This document shows positions 40,693 to 49,723 of a stretch of DNA of 64,000 nucleotides, piece by piece (the first letter of the stretch is position 1; the number at the start of each line of letters is the position of its first letter). Where the stretch lies: NCBI GenBank assembly GCA_965214565.1, contig OZ243951.1, positions 2,579,166 to 2,643,165 on the forward strand, read 5' to 3'. A program made the translations under genes and the position numbers. Below the pieces are notes generated by a model. The model worked only from the letters and a program-made list of their open reading frames with translations. It did no database searches and was not told the DNA's origin. This DNA comes from Candidatus Aldehydirespiratoraceae bacterium (GTDB lineage: Bacteria > Actinomycetota > Acidimicrobiia > Acidimicrobiales > Aldehydirespiratoraceae).

Positions 40693-41961
40693 ATGACTGA
40701 ATTCTCAACAGATGCCGCAAGGGCCCTGGCTGGCCCGTCGTGGCTCGTTGATCGCCGCGTGAGCGCAGCAGAGGACTTCGCCGCGGCGGTACCGCCGGAC
40801 GTGGCCGACGAGGAGTGGCGCTACAGCGCAATCCGGGAGTTTGACCTTTCTGAGTTCGTTCCCTCATCGCAGACCGGCCCCGCTCCGACGCCTGATTTCG
40901 AGCTTGACTCGTCTGCTGTGGTCCGCAGCGTCAACGGGCGGATCGTCTCGGTCGAGTCGGCCGATGAACTCAGTGCCGCCGGTGTCTATGTGGGTCCGCT
41001 CGCAGGTTCTGAGCAGGGACCCGACCTGCTGGGGGCGGTGGGCAGCGAGGCGGCGGGCTACTTCACGATCCTCAATGACGCCTTCGTGGCAGACCCGGTG
41101 CTGATTCGAGTGCCACCGGGCGTTGTACTGCGCAAGCCGATCGTGGTGACGCATTATCTGACCGGTTCCGGGGCCGCCGCGTTCCCTCGGTTAGTTGTCG
41201 ACATCGGTGCCGATTCGCAGGCCGAAGTGCTTGATCACCACACATCCGACAGCGGCCCTCTGCTGGTCTGCCCGGTGACCGAGTTAGACGTGTCGCCTGC
41301 GGGCCGGCTCGGATACTTGAACGTGCAACAGCTCGGTTCAAACACCTGGCAGTTCTGCTCGCAGTTGGGGAGGGTTGGGCGCGACGCCAGGCTGACGGTC
41401 TCCACAGCGGCTTTCGGCGGCGGCTATGCCCGGACGCGGTCCGATGTGCGCCTGGTGGGCCGCGGTGCCGATTGCGACCTCTCGGCGCTGTACTTCGGTG
41501 ACGGTCGACAGGGACTCGATTTTCGAACCTATCAGGATCATGTCGCTGCGGACACGACCTCCAATCTGCTCTACAAGGGTGTGGTGAGTGAAGAGTCCCG
41601 CAGCATCTACACAGGTCTGATCCGGGTGCGTCCCGATGCTCGCGGAACCAACGCCTTCCAGACCAACCGCAACCTGAAACTCGGCGATGACGCTTGGGTT
41701 GAGTCGGTCCCGAACCTTGAGATCGAGAACAACGATGTGCGCTGCAGCCATGCATCCGCGGTGGGCCCTGTCGATGAGGAGCAGCGGTTCTACCTGGAGA
41801 GCCGCGGCGTTCCCGCCGGTGAGGCGGAGAGTCTGATCGTGGCCGGGTTCCTGGGCGAGGTGCTAGAGACGTTGCCCGTGCGTGCCGCGCATGAGACGCT
41901 CAGGTCTGCGATAGACGCCAAACTGAGCCGCCAGAGGCGATCCGAGGGGGCCGCGTCGTGA
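40693..41961 (+). CDS. sufD: Fe-S cluster assembly protein SufD
   Basis: VPPGVVLRKPIVVTHYL...HASAVGPVDEEQRFYLESRGVPAGEAESLIVAGFLGEVLE. Confidence 0.93.
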   Translation: MTEFSTDAARALAGPSWLVDRRVSAAEDFAAAVPPDVADEEWRYSAIREFDLSEFVPSSQTGPAPTPDFELDSSAVVRSVNGRIVSVESADELSAAGVYVGPLAGSEQGPDLLGAVGSEAAGYFTILNDAFVADPVLIRVPPGVVLRKPIVVTHYLTGSGAAAFPRLVVDIGADSQAEVLDHHTSDSGPLLVCPVTELDVSPAGRLGYLNVQQLGSNTWQFCSQLGRVGRDARLTVSTAAFGGGYARTRSDVRLVGRGADCDLSALYFGDGRQGLDFRTYQDHVAADTTSNLLYKGVVSEESRSIYTGLIRVRPDARGTNAFQTNRNLKLGDDAWVESVPNLEIENNDVRCSHASAVGPVDEEQRFYLESRGVPAGEAESLIVAGFLGEVLETLPVRAAHETLRSAIDAKLSRQRRSEGAAS

Positions 41962-42347
41962 GCGTTCACGTGTTGTTTCCCCTGGTCGAGCTTGAAGCGG
42001 GCACGGCGCGCAAGGTGGAATTGGAGGGGTATCAGATCTCGCTTGTGCGGATCGATGACGACGTGTATGCCATCGGCGACATCTGCAGTCACGAGGACGT
42101 CTCTTTGTCCGAGGGCTATGTCGACACCGAGGAGTGTCTGCTCGAGTGTTGGCGCCACGGGGCGATGTTCAACCTGAAGACTGGCGATGCCGAAACCCTG
42201 CCGGCGATCCGTCCTGTACCGGTGTATGACGTGTCGGTCGTCGACGGAATGATACAGCTGGTGATCGATGAGGGGTCCGAACCTGCGGTGAAGACACGAG
42301 GGCCCGCGACTTCGTACCAGGCGAATGGGGGGCGTGGCGATGAGTGA
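41958..42347 (+). CDS. Rieske-type non-heme iron ferredoxin
   Basis: GDICSHEDVSLSEGYVDTEECLLECWRHGAMFNLKTGDAETLPA. Confidence 0.88.
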   Translation: MSVHVLFPLVELEAGTARKVELEGYQISLVRIDDDVYAIGDICSHEDVSLSEGYVDTEECLLECWRHGAMFNLKTGDAETLPAIRPVPVYDVSVVDGMIQLVIDEGSEPAVKTRGPATSYQANGGRGDE

Positions 42348-43155
42348 ACTCGTGATCGAGGGCCTGCGGGCCCGGGTAGGTGGACAGGAGATTCTCAAGG
42401 GCGTCGATCTGGCGATGGCTTCGGGAGAAGTCCACGCGGTGATGGGTCCCAACGGGTCGGGAAAGTCGACTTTGGCCCACGTACTGGCGGGCCGTCCCGG
42501 GTTCGAGGTGCTCGGCGGCTCGGCACGGCTCGACGGCGTCGAGCTGTTGGATCTGCCGGCTTGGGAGCGAGCCCAGGCGGGTCTGTTCCTGGCGATGCAG
42601 TATCCGACGGAGGTTCCCGGAGTAGCGCTCGCCGACCTGCTGCGAGCGTCGGTGAGCAGCAGCGACGATGCCGATGAGATCGAATCGTCGATGCGCGTCG
42701 AGGCCGAGCGCATTGGTTTCGACGAGAAGTTCCTAGCAAGGCCGCTCAACGTCGATCTCTCCGGTGGTGAGAAGAAGCGCAATGAGACGCTCCAACTCGG
42801 AGTGCTGCGTCCCCGTTTCGCGATCCTAGACGAACTTGACTCGGGCCTCGACTTCGACGCCTTGCGCTTGGTCGGTGCACGGGTTGAGGCAGCGACGGAG
42901 GAAGACTCCGTGGGGGTGCTTGCCATCACCCACTACAGCCGCTTGTTCGAGCAGCTCCGGCCCGACACCGTGCATGTCTTTGCCGGGGGACGGATTCAAC
43001 AGACCGGTGGCGCCGAGTTGGCTCAAGAGTTGGAGGACACCGGTTACGAACGTTGGAGTGATGCGTCGCCGGCCGTCGCATCGTCGGCAACACTGCGCGC
43101 GGAACCTTCCGCCGAAGGCCCCTTGGCGGATCCGTTCGCCGATCCGCTCGCTTGA
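42340..43155 (+). CDS. sufC: Fe-S assembly ATPase SufC (copy 1)
   Basis: VHAVMGPNGSGKSTLAHVLAG, LSGGEKKRNETLQLGVLRPRFAILDELDSGLDFD. Confidence 0.93.
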   Translation: MSELVIEGLRARVGGQEILKGVDLAMASGEVHAVMGPNGSGKSTLAHVLAGRPGFEVLGGSARLDGVELLDLPAWERAQAGLFLAMQYPTEVPGVALADLLRASVSSSDDADEIESSMRVEAERIGFDEKFLARPLNVDLSGGEKKRNETLQLGVLRPRFAILDELDSGLDFDALRLVGARVEAATEEDSVGVLAITHYSRLFEQLRPDTVHVFAGGRIQQTGGAELAQELEDTGYERWSDASPAVASSATLRAEPSAEGPLADPFADPLA

Positions 43156-43182
43156 ATCGTGTAGCTGGGGCAGACTGCAGCC

Positions 43183-43470
43183 ATGGCTACAACTCTGCTG
43201 AGCGGCGATGAGATTACAGACCTGTTGGCGGAGTTTCCCGAGTGGCGACGTGAGGGCGATCGTCTGTGCCGTTCATACCAGTTCGACGATTTCGTTGAGG
43301 CATTCGGTTTCATGGCCGAAGTCGCGCTCGTCTCAGAAAAGCTGTTCCACCATCCGGAGTGGAGCAACGTCTACAACCGGGTGGACGTTGCCATCACCGA
43401 CCACGCCGCGGGTGGAATATCAGAAAACGACCGCGCCTGGATAAAGCGAGTCGAACGACTCGGCAGGTGA
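43183..43470 (+). CDS. Pterin-4a-carbinolamine dehydratase
   Basis: FVEAFGFMAEVALVSEKLFHHPEWSNVYNRVDVAITDHAAGGIS. Confidence 0.92.
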   Translation: MATTLLSGDEITDLLAEFPEWRREGDRLCRSYQFDDFVEAFGFMAEVALVSEKLFHHPEWSNVYNRVDVAITDHAAGGISENDRAWIKRVERLGR

Positions 43471-43498
43471 ATCCTGTCCAACCCGAACGAAGGGGACG

Positions 43499-43981
43499 CT
43501 ATTCGTCGAGCGCTTGGGCGAGGGTGTTCCAGCTCAATGTCGCGCACTTGATCCGTATCGGGAACTTGACCACACCGCGCAGCGCTTCCAGATCGCCGAG
43601 TTGCATGCCGTCCGAGGCGCCCTCGAGGTCTATCCCCAGCGCGGTTTCGCTGCCGTCGCCGCCGATATCGGTTTCGTGGATCGACATGAGTCCCTTGAAG
43701 GCCACGATCAGCTTCCGGGCGTCTTCAACCGTCTTGCCCTTGATCGCCACCGACATCATCGACGCCGATGACTGACTGATGGAACAACCCTGGCCCCCGA
43801 TCGCGACATCGTCGATCACGCCTGTGTCGTCGACTTGCAGGTAGACGATGATCTCGTCACCGCACAACGGGTTGAATCCCTCGGCACGGCGCGCCGGGGG
43901 AGTTTCGAGCTCTCCGCGATTGCGGGGTGTCCGGTAGTGGTCGAGGATGATCTCGCGATAGAGGTCTTCAAGGCCAATCAT
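43499..43981 (-). CDS. sufU: SufU Fe-S scaffold/sulfur-transfer protein
   Basis: MIGLEDLYREIILDHYRTPRNRGEL...NPLCGDEI...IGGQGCSISQSSASMM. Confidence 0.95.
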   Translation of the reverse strand: MIGLEDLYREIILDHYRTPRNRGELETPPARRAEGFNPLCGDEIIVYLQVDDTGVIDDVAIGGQGCSISQSSASMMSVAIKGKTVEDARKLIVAFKGLMSIHETDIGGDGSETALGIDLEGASDGMQLGDLEALRGVVKFPIRIKCATLSWNTLAQALDE

Positions 43982-43992
43982 CTTGTGGTCTC

Positions 43993-45222
43993 CTAGAACG
44001 AGAAGATTTCGTCGACCGCGCTGAGGGCGTCGGCGAGCTTGTCGAGGTCAGACTTGTCGTTGTAGACGTACAGGGAGGCACGCGAGGTGGCACTGGCGCC
44101 GAGCACGTCCATGAGCGGCTTGGCGCAATGGTGTCCTGCGCGCACCGCGATCCCGGACTGGTCGAGTACCTGGGCCACATCGTGGGGGTGCACATCGCCG
44201 TAGGCGAAGGACATCACGCCGCCGCGCTCCGCCGGTTCGGCCGGACCGTGGACGGTGATCTTGTCACCGTGGCGCTCTGTGAGTGTTCGCAGCGCGTATG
44301 CGGTCAGTTCAACCTCGTGTTGGCGGACATTGTCCATGCCGAGATCGCTGAGATAGTCGACGGCTGCACCGAGGCCGACCGCTTCGGCGACCATCGGTGT
44401 TCCTGCCTCGAATTTCCAGGGCACGTCGTTGGTCGTGTAACCGTTCTTGGTGACGTTGAGTATCATCTCTCCTCCGCCGAGGAAGGGCGGCATGGCTTCG
44501 AGGTGTTCGGCGCGGGCCCAGAGCACGCCGATCCCCATCGGTGCGAGCATCTTGTGGCCGGTGAAAACCAGGAAATCCGCGCCGAGCGCCTGCACGTCGG
44601 TGGGTACGTGGGGAACGTACTGGCTGGCGTCGACGACCATCAGCGCTCCGGCGTCGTGAGCCCGTTCTGCCAGTGCGGAGATCGGGTTGAGTGTGCCGAG
44701 CACGTTGCTCATGGCCGTCACCGACAGCAGTTTGGCCCCGTCGAGGAGCCGGTCGAGGTCGCTGAGATCAAGGTGGCCGGACTCATCGACTGGGATCCAA
44801 CGAAGTTCTATGCCTTTTCGGGCTCGCAGCATGTGCCAGGGAACGATGTTGGCGTGGTGTTCCATCTCGCTGATCACCACTGCGTCGCCGGCCTTGAGAC
44901 TGTGCTCACCCAAACAGTGGGCCAGAAGGTTCATCGACTCGGTTGCGTTCTTGGTGAAGACGATCTCGGCGCTCGATTCTGCGTTGATGAAGGCCCCGAC
45001 TTTGGCTCGGGCTCCCTCGAGTGCGTCTGTTGCCCGTACCGCGAGCTCGTAGCTGCCGCGGTGGACGTTGGCGTTGGTCGTCTCGTAGTAGTCGGTCATT
45101 GCGTCGATGACCGCCTGGGGTTTCTGGGAGGTGTTGGCCGAGTCGAGGTAGACGAGCTGTTGGCCGTGGAACTGCTGGTCGAGTAGCGGGAAGTCGGATT
45201 TGACGTTTGAGCGGAGAGTCAT
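43993..45222 (-). CDS. sufS: Cysteine desulfurase SufS
   Basis: YLDSANTSQKPQAVIDAM...DFLVFTGHKMLAPMGIGVL...RAGHHCAKPLM. Confidence 0.96.
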   Translation of the reverse strand: MTLRSNVKSDFPLLDQQFHGQQLVYLDSANTSQKPQAVIDAMTDYYETTNANVHRGSYELAVRATDALEGARAKVGAFINAESSAEIVFTKNATESMNLLAHCLGEHSLKAGDAVVISEMEHHANIVPWHMLRARKGIELRWIPVDESGHLDLSDLDRLLDGAKLLSVTAMSNVLGTLNPISALAERAHDAGALMVVDASQYVPHVPTDVQALGADFLVFTGHKMLAPMGIGVLWARAEHLEAMPPFLGGGEMILNVTKNGYTTNDVPWKFEAGTPMVAEAVGLGAAVDYLSDLGMDNVRQHEVELTAYALRTLTERHGDKITVHGPAEPAERGGVMSFAYGDVHPHDVAQVLDQSGIAVRAGHHCAKPLMDVLGASATSRASLYVYNDKSDLDKLADALSAVDEIFSF

Positions 45223-45225
45223 GTT

Positions 45226-45981
<756 letters not shown>

Positions 45982-46125
45982 GCGTTCCAGTTTACGAGCG
46001 CTGCAAGTTTCGCACTACGGCCATAGGAGAAATTGCCGGAACGGCGGTGACCCGGGTCCGACACCGCAAGGATTCCGGAGCGGGGCCGATTGGACTTGTG
46101 GTGGTGGAGTCGTAGAGTGCAGCGC

Positions 46126-47241
46126 ATGAACTTTGCATTCTCAGAAGAGCAGGACCAGTTGCGTGAGTTCGTCCGCAGCTTCTTGGAAGACAAGTCGCCT
46201 GAAACCTCAGTACGTGAACAGATGGACACCGAGGTCGGCTATGACGACGCAGTCTGGAGTCAGATGGCGGAGCAGATGGGCCTGCAGGCGCTGGCGATTC
46301 CCGAGGAGTACGGCGGCCAGGGATTCGGATTCGTGGAGCAGATCGTGGTGCTCGAGGAGATGGGTCGGGCGCTGCTCTGCGCCCCGTACTTCTCATCGTG
46401 TGTGCTGGCGGCCAACACGCTGCTGCACAGCGGCGACGAGGACGCCAAGAACGCCCACCTTCCAGGAATCGCCTCTGGAGAGACCCGGGCGACGCTCGCA
46501 TTCACCGAGGAGAACGGTCGCTGGGACGAAGACGGCATCACCATGGCGGCATCGAACGACGGTGGTTCGTGGACCCTCGACGGCACGAAGATGTATGTGC
46601 TCGACGGGCACACCGCCAATCTGATCCTGGTCGCGGCCCGCAGCGATGCGGGAGTGTCGCTGTTCAGCGTTGCCGCTGACGCCGACGGCCTCACCCGGAC
46701 CGCGCTGTCGACAATGGACCAGACGCGCAAGCAGGCCAAGCTGGAGTTCGCCGGTGTGGCCGCCGAACTGATCGGTAGCGACGGAGCCGGTTGGGATGTG
46801 TTGGAAACGGTGCTCGACTTGGCCGCGGTGGCCCTCGCGGCAGAACAGGTGGGCGGTGCGCAGATGTGTCTGGACATGTCGGTCGAGTACGCCAAGGTCA
46901 GAGTGCAGTTCGGTCGCCCGATCGGGTCCTTCCAGGCCATCAAGCACAAGTGTGCCGACATGCTCCTCGAAGTCGAGTCGGCCAAGTCAGCCGCCTACTA
47001 CGCGGGCTGGTGCGCGGCTGAGATGAACGATGAGCTGGGCCAGGTTGCTTCCTTGGCTAAGAGCTACTGTTCAGAGGCGTACTTTCATGCCGCCGCGGAG
47101 AACATCCAGATCCACGGTGGCATCGGCTTCACCTGGGAGCATCCCGCCCATCTCTATTTCAAGCGGGCGAAGAGCTCTGAGTTGCTGTTCGGAGACCCGA
47201 CCTACCATCGCGAACTGCTCGCCCAACGCATCGGCATCTGA
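46126..47241 (+). CDS. Acyl-CoA dehydrogenase family protein
   Basis: MNFAFSEEQDQLREFVRSFLE...YAKVRVQFGRPIGSFQAIKHKCADM...IQIHGGIGFTWEHPAHLYFKRA. Confidence 0.93.
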   Translation: MNFAFSEEQDQLREFVRSFLEDKSPETSVREQMDTEVGYDDAVWSQMAEQMGLQALAIPEEYGGQGFGFVEQIVVLEEMGRALLCAPYFSSCVLAANTLLHSGDEDAKNAHLPGIASGETRATLAFTEENGRWDEDGITMAASNDGGSWTLDGTKMYVLDGHTANLILVAARSDAGVSLFSVAADADGLTRTALSTMDQTRKQAKLEFAGVAAELIGSDGAGWDVLETVLDLAAVALAAEQVGGAQMCLDMSVEYAKVRVQFGRPIGSFQAIKHKCADMLLEVESAKSAAYYAGWCAAEMNDELGQVASLAKSYCSEAYFHAAAENIQIHGGIGFTWEHPAHLYFKRAKSSELLFGDPTYHRELLAQRIGI

Positions 47242-47266
47242 GCGGATACTGGCGGGGTGACGCGGC

Positions 47267-47710
47267 TTGGTCTGGGTCTTCTTCGCAGTCGGTGCGGTAG
47301 CCGTCATCCTGATCGCTCTCGTGGCGGTCGGAAAAGCGGTTGCGGAACTGGAAACCGAACGAAGCCCTGCCGTCTATGACCTCAACGACGCGGTGGAATG
47401 GATCGCCCAACGGCTTCCCGACGAGGTGACAGCCCGGATCTCCTTCGACGACGTCAGGACCCTGCTTCGTTGGCATCTCGACTGGTTCCAGGAGGCAGGT
47501 GTGGCCTCGCGTCATGGTGAGGAACTGGCCACCGATCAGGTCCGAGTCGATGGAGCGGTCGCCCCCCATGATGCAGCGATCGACGCGATCGTGGCCCGTT
47601 CGCTGGCTGTCGGCGGCCCTGAAGCCGTCGACGTGGTCTGCGTGCTCGACCTCCAGATGAAGTATCTGACGGCGATCGGTGCCGTCGGCGACGAGGTCGA
47701 CGACTCGTGA
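47267..47710 (+). CDS. Hypothetical protein with N-terminal TM helix
   Basis: MVWVFFAVGAVAVILIALVAVGKAVAELETERSP... Confidence 0.65.
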   Translation: MVWVFFAVGAVAVILIALVAVGKAVAELETERSPAVYDLNDAVEWIAQRLPDEVTARISFDDVRTLLRWHLDWFQEAGVASRHGEELATDQVRVDGAVAPHDAAIDAIVARSLAVGGPEAVDVVCVLDLQMKYLTAIGAVGDEVDDS

Positions 47711-47766
47711 ACCGCAGAAATATCCCACACGACCGACTGCTTTTGTGCTTCACTATTGGCACCAAA

Positions 47767-47827
47767 GAAAGGAGGTGGTCCCGCAGTGTGTAGAAGATCT
47801 GTGACCTTGGAGGTGGCTGGCCGCTAG
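47767..47827 (+). promoter_or_regulatory. Extended Shine-Dalgarno plus 13-codon leader-like ORF (VCRRSVTLEVAGR*)
   Basis: AAAGAAAGGAGGTGGTCC, 15/16 match to the complement of the 16S 3' end (AGAAAGGAGGTGATCC), then GTG at 47786 and TAG at 47825. Confidence 0.5.
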
Positions 47828-47971
47828 AACAGCTGCTGGACCACTGGCGCAAACCAAGCCAGCTCCACCCCTGGGGCTAGGTGGACCGGGAATATGTCAC
47901 GCCTGGTGCGGTGCCGCAAGGTGCCACCACTCCCTGGGATTCCAGCAAACATTGTTTTCGAGAAATACTCA

Positions 47972-48016
47972 AGAACCGTCCTGGGGCTGTCGTGGCCCTG
48001 GGACGGTTCTCTTTTT
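47972..48016 (+). terminator. Strong Rho-independent terminator
   Basis: AGAACCGTCC (47972..47981) pairs perfectly with GGACGGTTCT (48001..48010), inner GGGC/GCCC, followed by CTTTTTC. Confidence 0.9.
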
Positions 48017-48083
48017 CTTCCGTGGGAATCGCTGATCACCGTGAATCGCCGATTCCTGTCGTTGCTGCCGCTATGTTTCCTGC

Positions 48084-48275
48084 ATGGAACGACCGGCTCG
48101 ATTTCAAAACAGCCGCTTTCTGGGTGACAAGCGGGTTCAGGTGGTATACGACCTCGACGACGTGGCTGAGACCGCTGTCATCGAAGAACTCGCCAACAGC
48201 GAGCATGCGTTGGCGTTCGGACCCGACACCCTTGCCGAAGCCCGTAACCGCGGCTACCGCTTGCGGTCCGTCTGA
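48084..48275 (+). CDS. Small conserved-looking hypothetical protein
   Basis: RFLGDKRVQVVYDLDDVAETAVIEELANSEHALAFGPDTLAEARNRGYRLRSV. Confidence 0.6.
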   Translation: MERPARFQNSRFLGDKRVQVVYDLDDVAETAVIEELANSEHALAFGPDTLAEARNRGYRLRSV

Positions 48276-48294
48276 CTAGCGGGTTGCCGGACTA

Positions 48295-49065
48295 GTGGAC
48301 AGGAGCTTCACGGTTGATGGCATCGAGTTGGAAGCCCACCTCGCTCGACCCTCCCAGAATCACAGCACGGCCCAACCAGGGTTGGTGATCGCGCACGGTT
48401 TCCCGGCTGAGGCCGGTGGTGGAATCAACTCGACTTCAAGCTTTCCCGGTCTTGCTGATCGGGTCGCCACTGAATGCGGTTGGGCCGCGCTTGCGTACTC
48501 CAGCCGCGGGATTGCAAAGTCTGGCGGCGATTTCTCGCTGGAGGGCTGGTTGCGGGACCTCAAGGGAGCGATCGCGTTCCTGCGTGAATCAGTGCATTGC
48601 GACGGCGTCTGGCTTCTCGGATTCGGTACGGGCGGCGCTCTGGCGGTCGAGGCCGGCGCCGCGGACGAGACGATCCGAGGCGTCTGCGCCGTGTCGTTGC
48701 CAGCGGACTTCAGCGACTGGGCACGCAGCCCTCGCAAGCTGTTGGTGCTCGCACGCGAGATGGGAGCGATCCGCGACAGCGCCTTTCCAGACGACTTCGG
48801 ATACTGGTCGCAGCAACTGCGTTCCGTGGATGCCAGCGAAGCGGCGACGCGCCTGTCGCCGCGTGAGCTGTTACTGATTCATGGCAGCGAAGATGATGTC
48901 GTGCCGGTGCTCGACACCCGTGCCGTTGCCGACGCGCATGCTTCTGCAGACTTGCGGATCATCGACGGAGCCAGCCATTACCTGCGCCACGACCCCCGTG
49001 CCATCGCGGTGGTCCTCGGCTGGCTGGACCGCCAACGCAACCGACTGCGTTCCGAGTTCGGGTGA
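48295..49065 (+). CDS. Alpha/beta hydrolase
   Basis: PGLVIAHGFPAEAGGG...WLLGFGTGGALAVEAG...LLIHGSEDDVVPV...GASHYLRHD. Confidence 0.9.
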   Translation: MDRSFTVDGIELEAHLARPSQNHSTAQPGLVIAHGFPAEAGGGINSTSSFPGLADRVATECGWAALAYSSRGIAKSGGDFSLEGWLRDLKGAIAFLRESVHCDGVWLLGFGTGGALAVEAGAADETIRGVCAVSLPADFSDWARSPRKLLVLAREMGAIRDSAFPDDFGYWSQQLRSVDASEAATRLSPRELLLIHGSEDDVVPVLDTRAVADAHASADLRIIDGASHYLRHDPRAIAVVLGWLDRQRNRLRSEFG

Positions 49066-49096
49066 AGCGCAACCGCCGGCGCGGTTCAGGGCGAAT

Positions 49097-49723
49097 CTAC
49101 TGGCTGTTGATCCGGCGCTTCTCGCGAAGCCTCCCAAGCGCGGTCGGGTCACCGAGGTCGGCGACACTGCGGAGGTCTTCGGTTGCGAAGACTCCGGCAA
49201 CGGCCTCCCAACCGTCCGGTTTGCAGTCGAAACGCTTGGCCAGAATGGCTATGAGAATCTGGGATTTGACCGGGCCGTAGCCGGGTACCGCCAACAATCG
49301 GTCGTAGAGCACGTCCGCGTTGTCCGCATCTTCCCAGATCGAGGCGGCAGCTCCCTGATATTCCTCGACTAGGTGCTCGCACAGTTTGTGGATTCGGCGT
49401 GCCATCATGGCCGGAAAGCGATGGATTGCAGGTTTAGCAGCGGCGAACGCGACCAACTCCTCAGGGTCCATCGCGGCGATCTCGGCGGCGTCGAGTGCGC
49501 CGCCGAGCCTCTGGGCCAGTCGCAGGGGTGAGGCGAAAGCCCACTCGATGGGGATCTGCTGGTCGAGCAGCATGGCGATCATGAGCGCCAGCGGATCGGT
49601 GTTGATCAAATGGTCGGCGTCCGGGTCGCCGCTGACCACGAGCGTGCCGCGGCGGTGCGGGCCGGGCTCAGGCACCGGTGTCTGGATGGGCCGGGTCGGG
49701 ACGGTAGGGGTCGATCCCTGCAT
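49097..49723 (-). CDS. HhH-GPD-type base-excision DNA repair family protein (start uncertain)
   Basis: MLLDQQIPIEWAFASPLRLAQRLGG...LLAVPGYGPVKSQILIAILAKRF. Confidence 0.8.
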   Translation of the reverse strand: MQGSTPTVPTRPIQTPVPEPGPHRRGTLVVSGDPDADHLINTDPLALMIAMLLDQQIPIEWAFASPLRLAQRLGGALDAAEIAAMDPEELVAFAAAKPAIHRFPAMMARRIHKLCEHLVEEYQGAAASIWEDADNADVLYDRLLAVPGYGPVKSQILIAILAKRFDCKPDGWEAVAGVFATEDLRSVADLGDPTALGRLREKRRINSQ

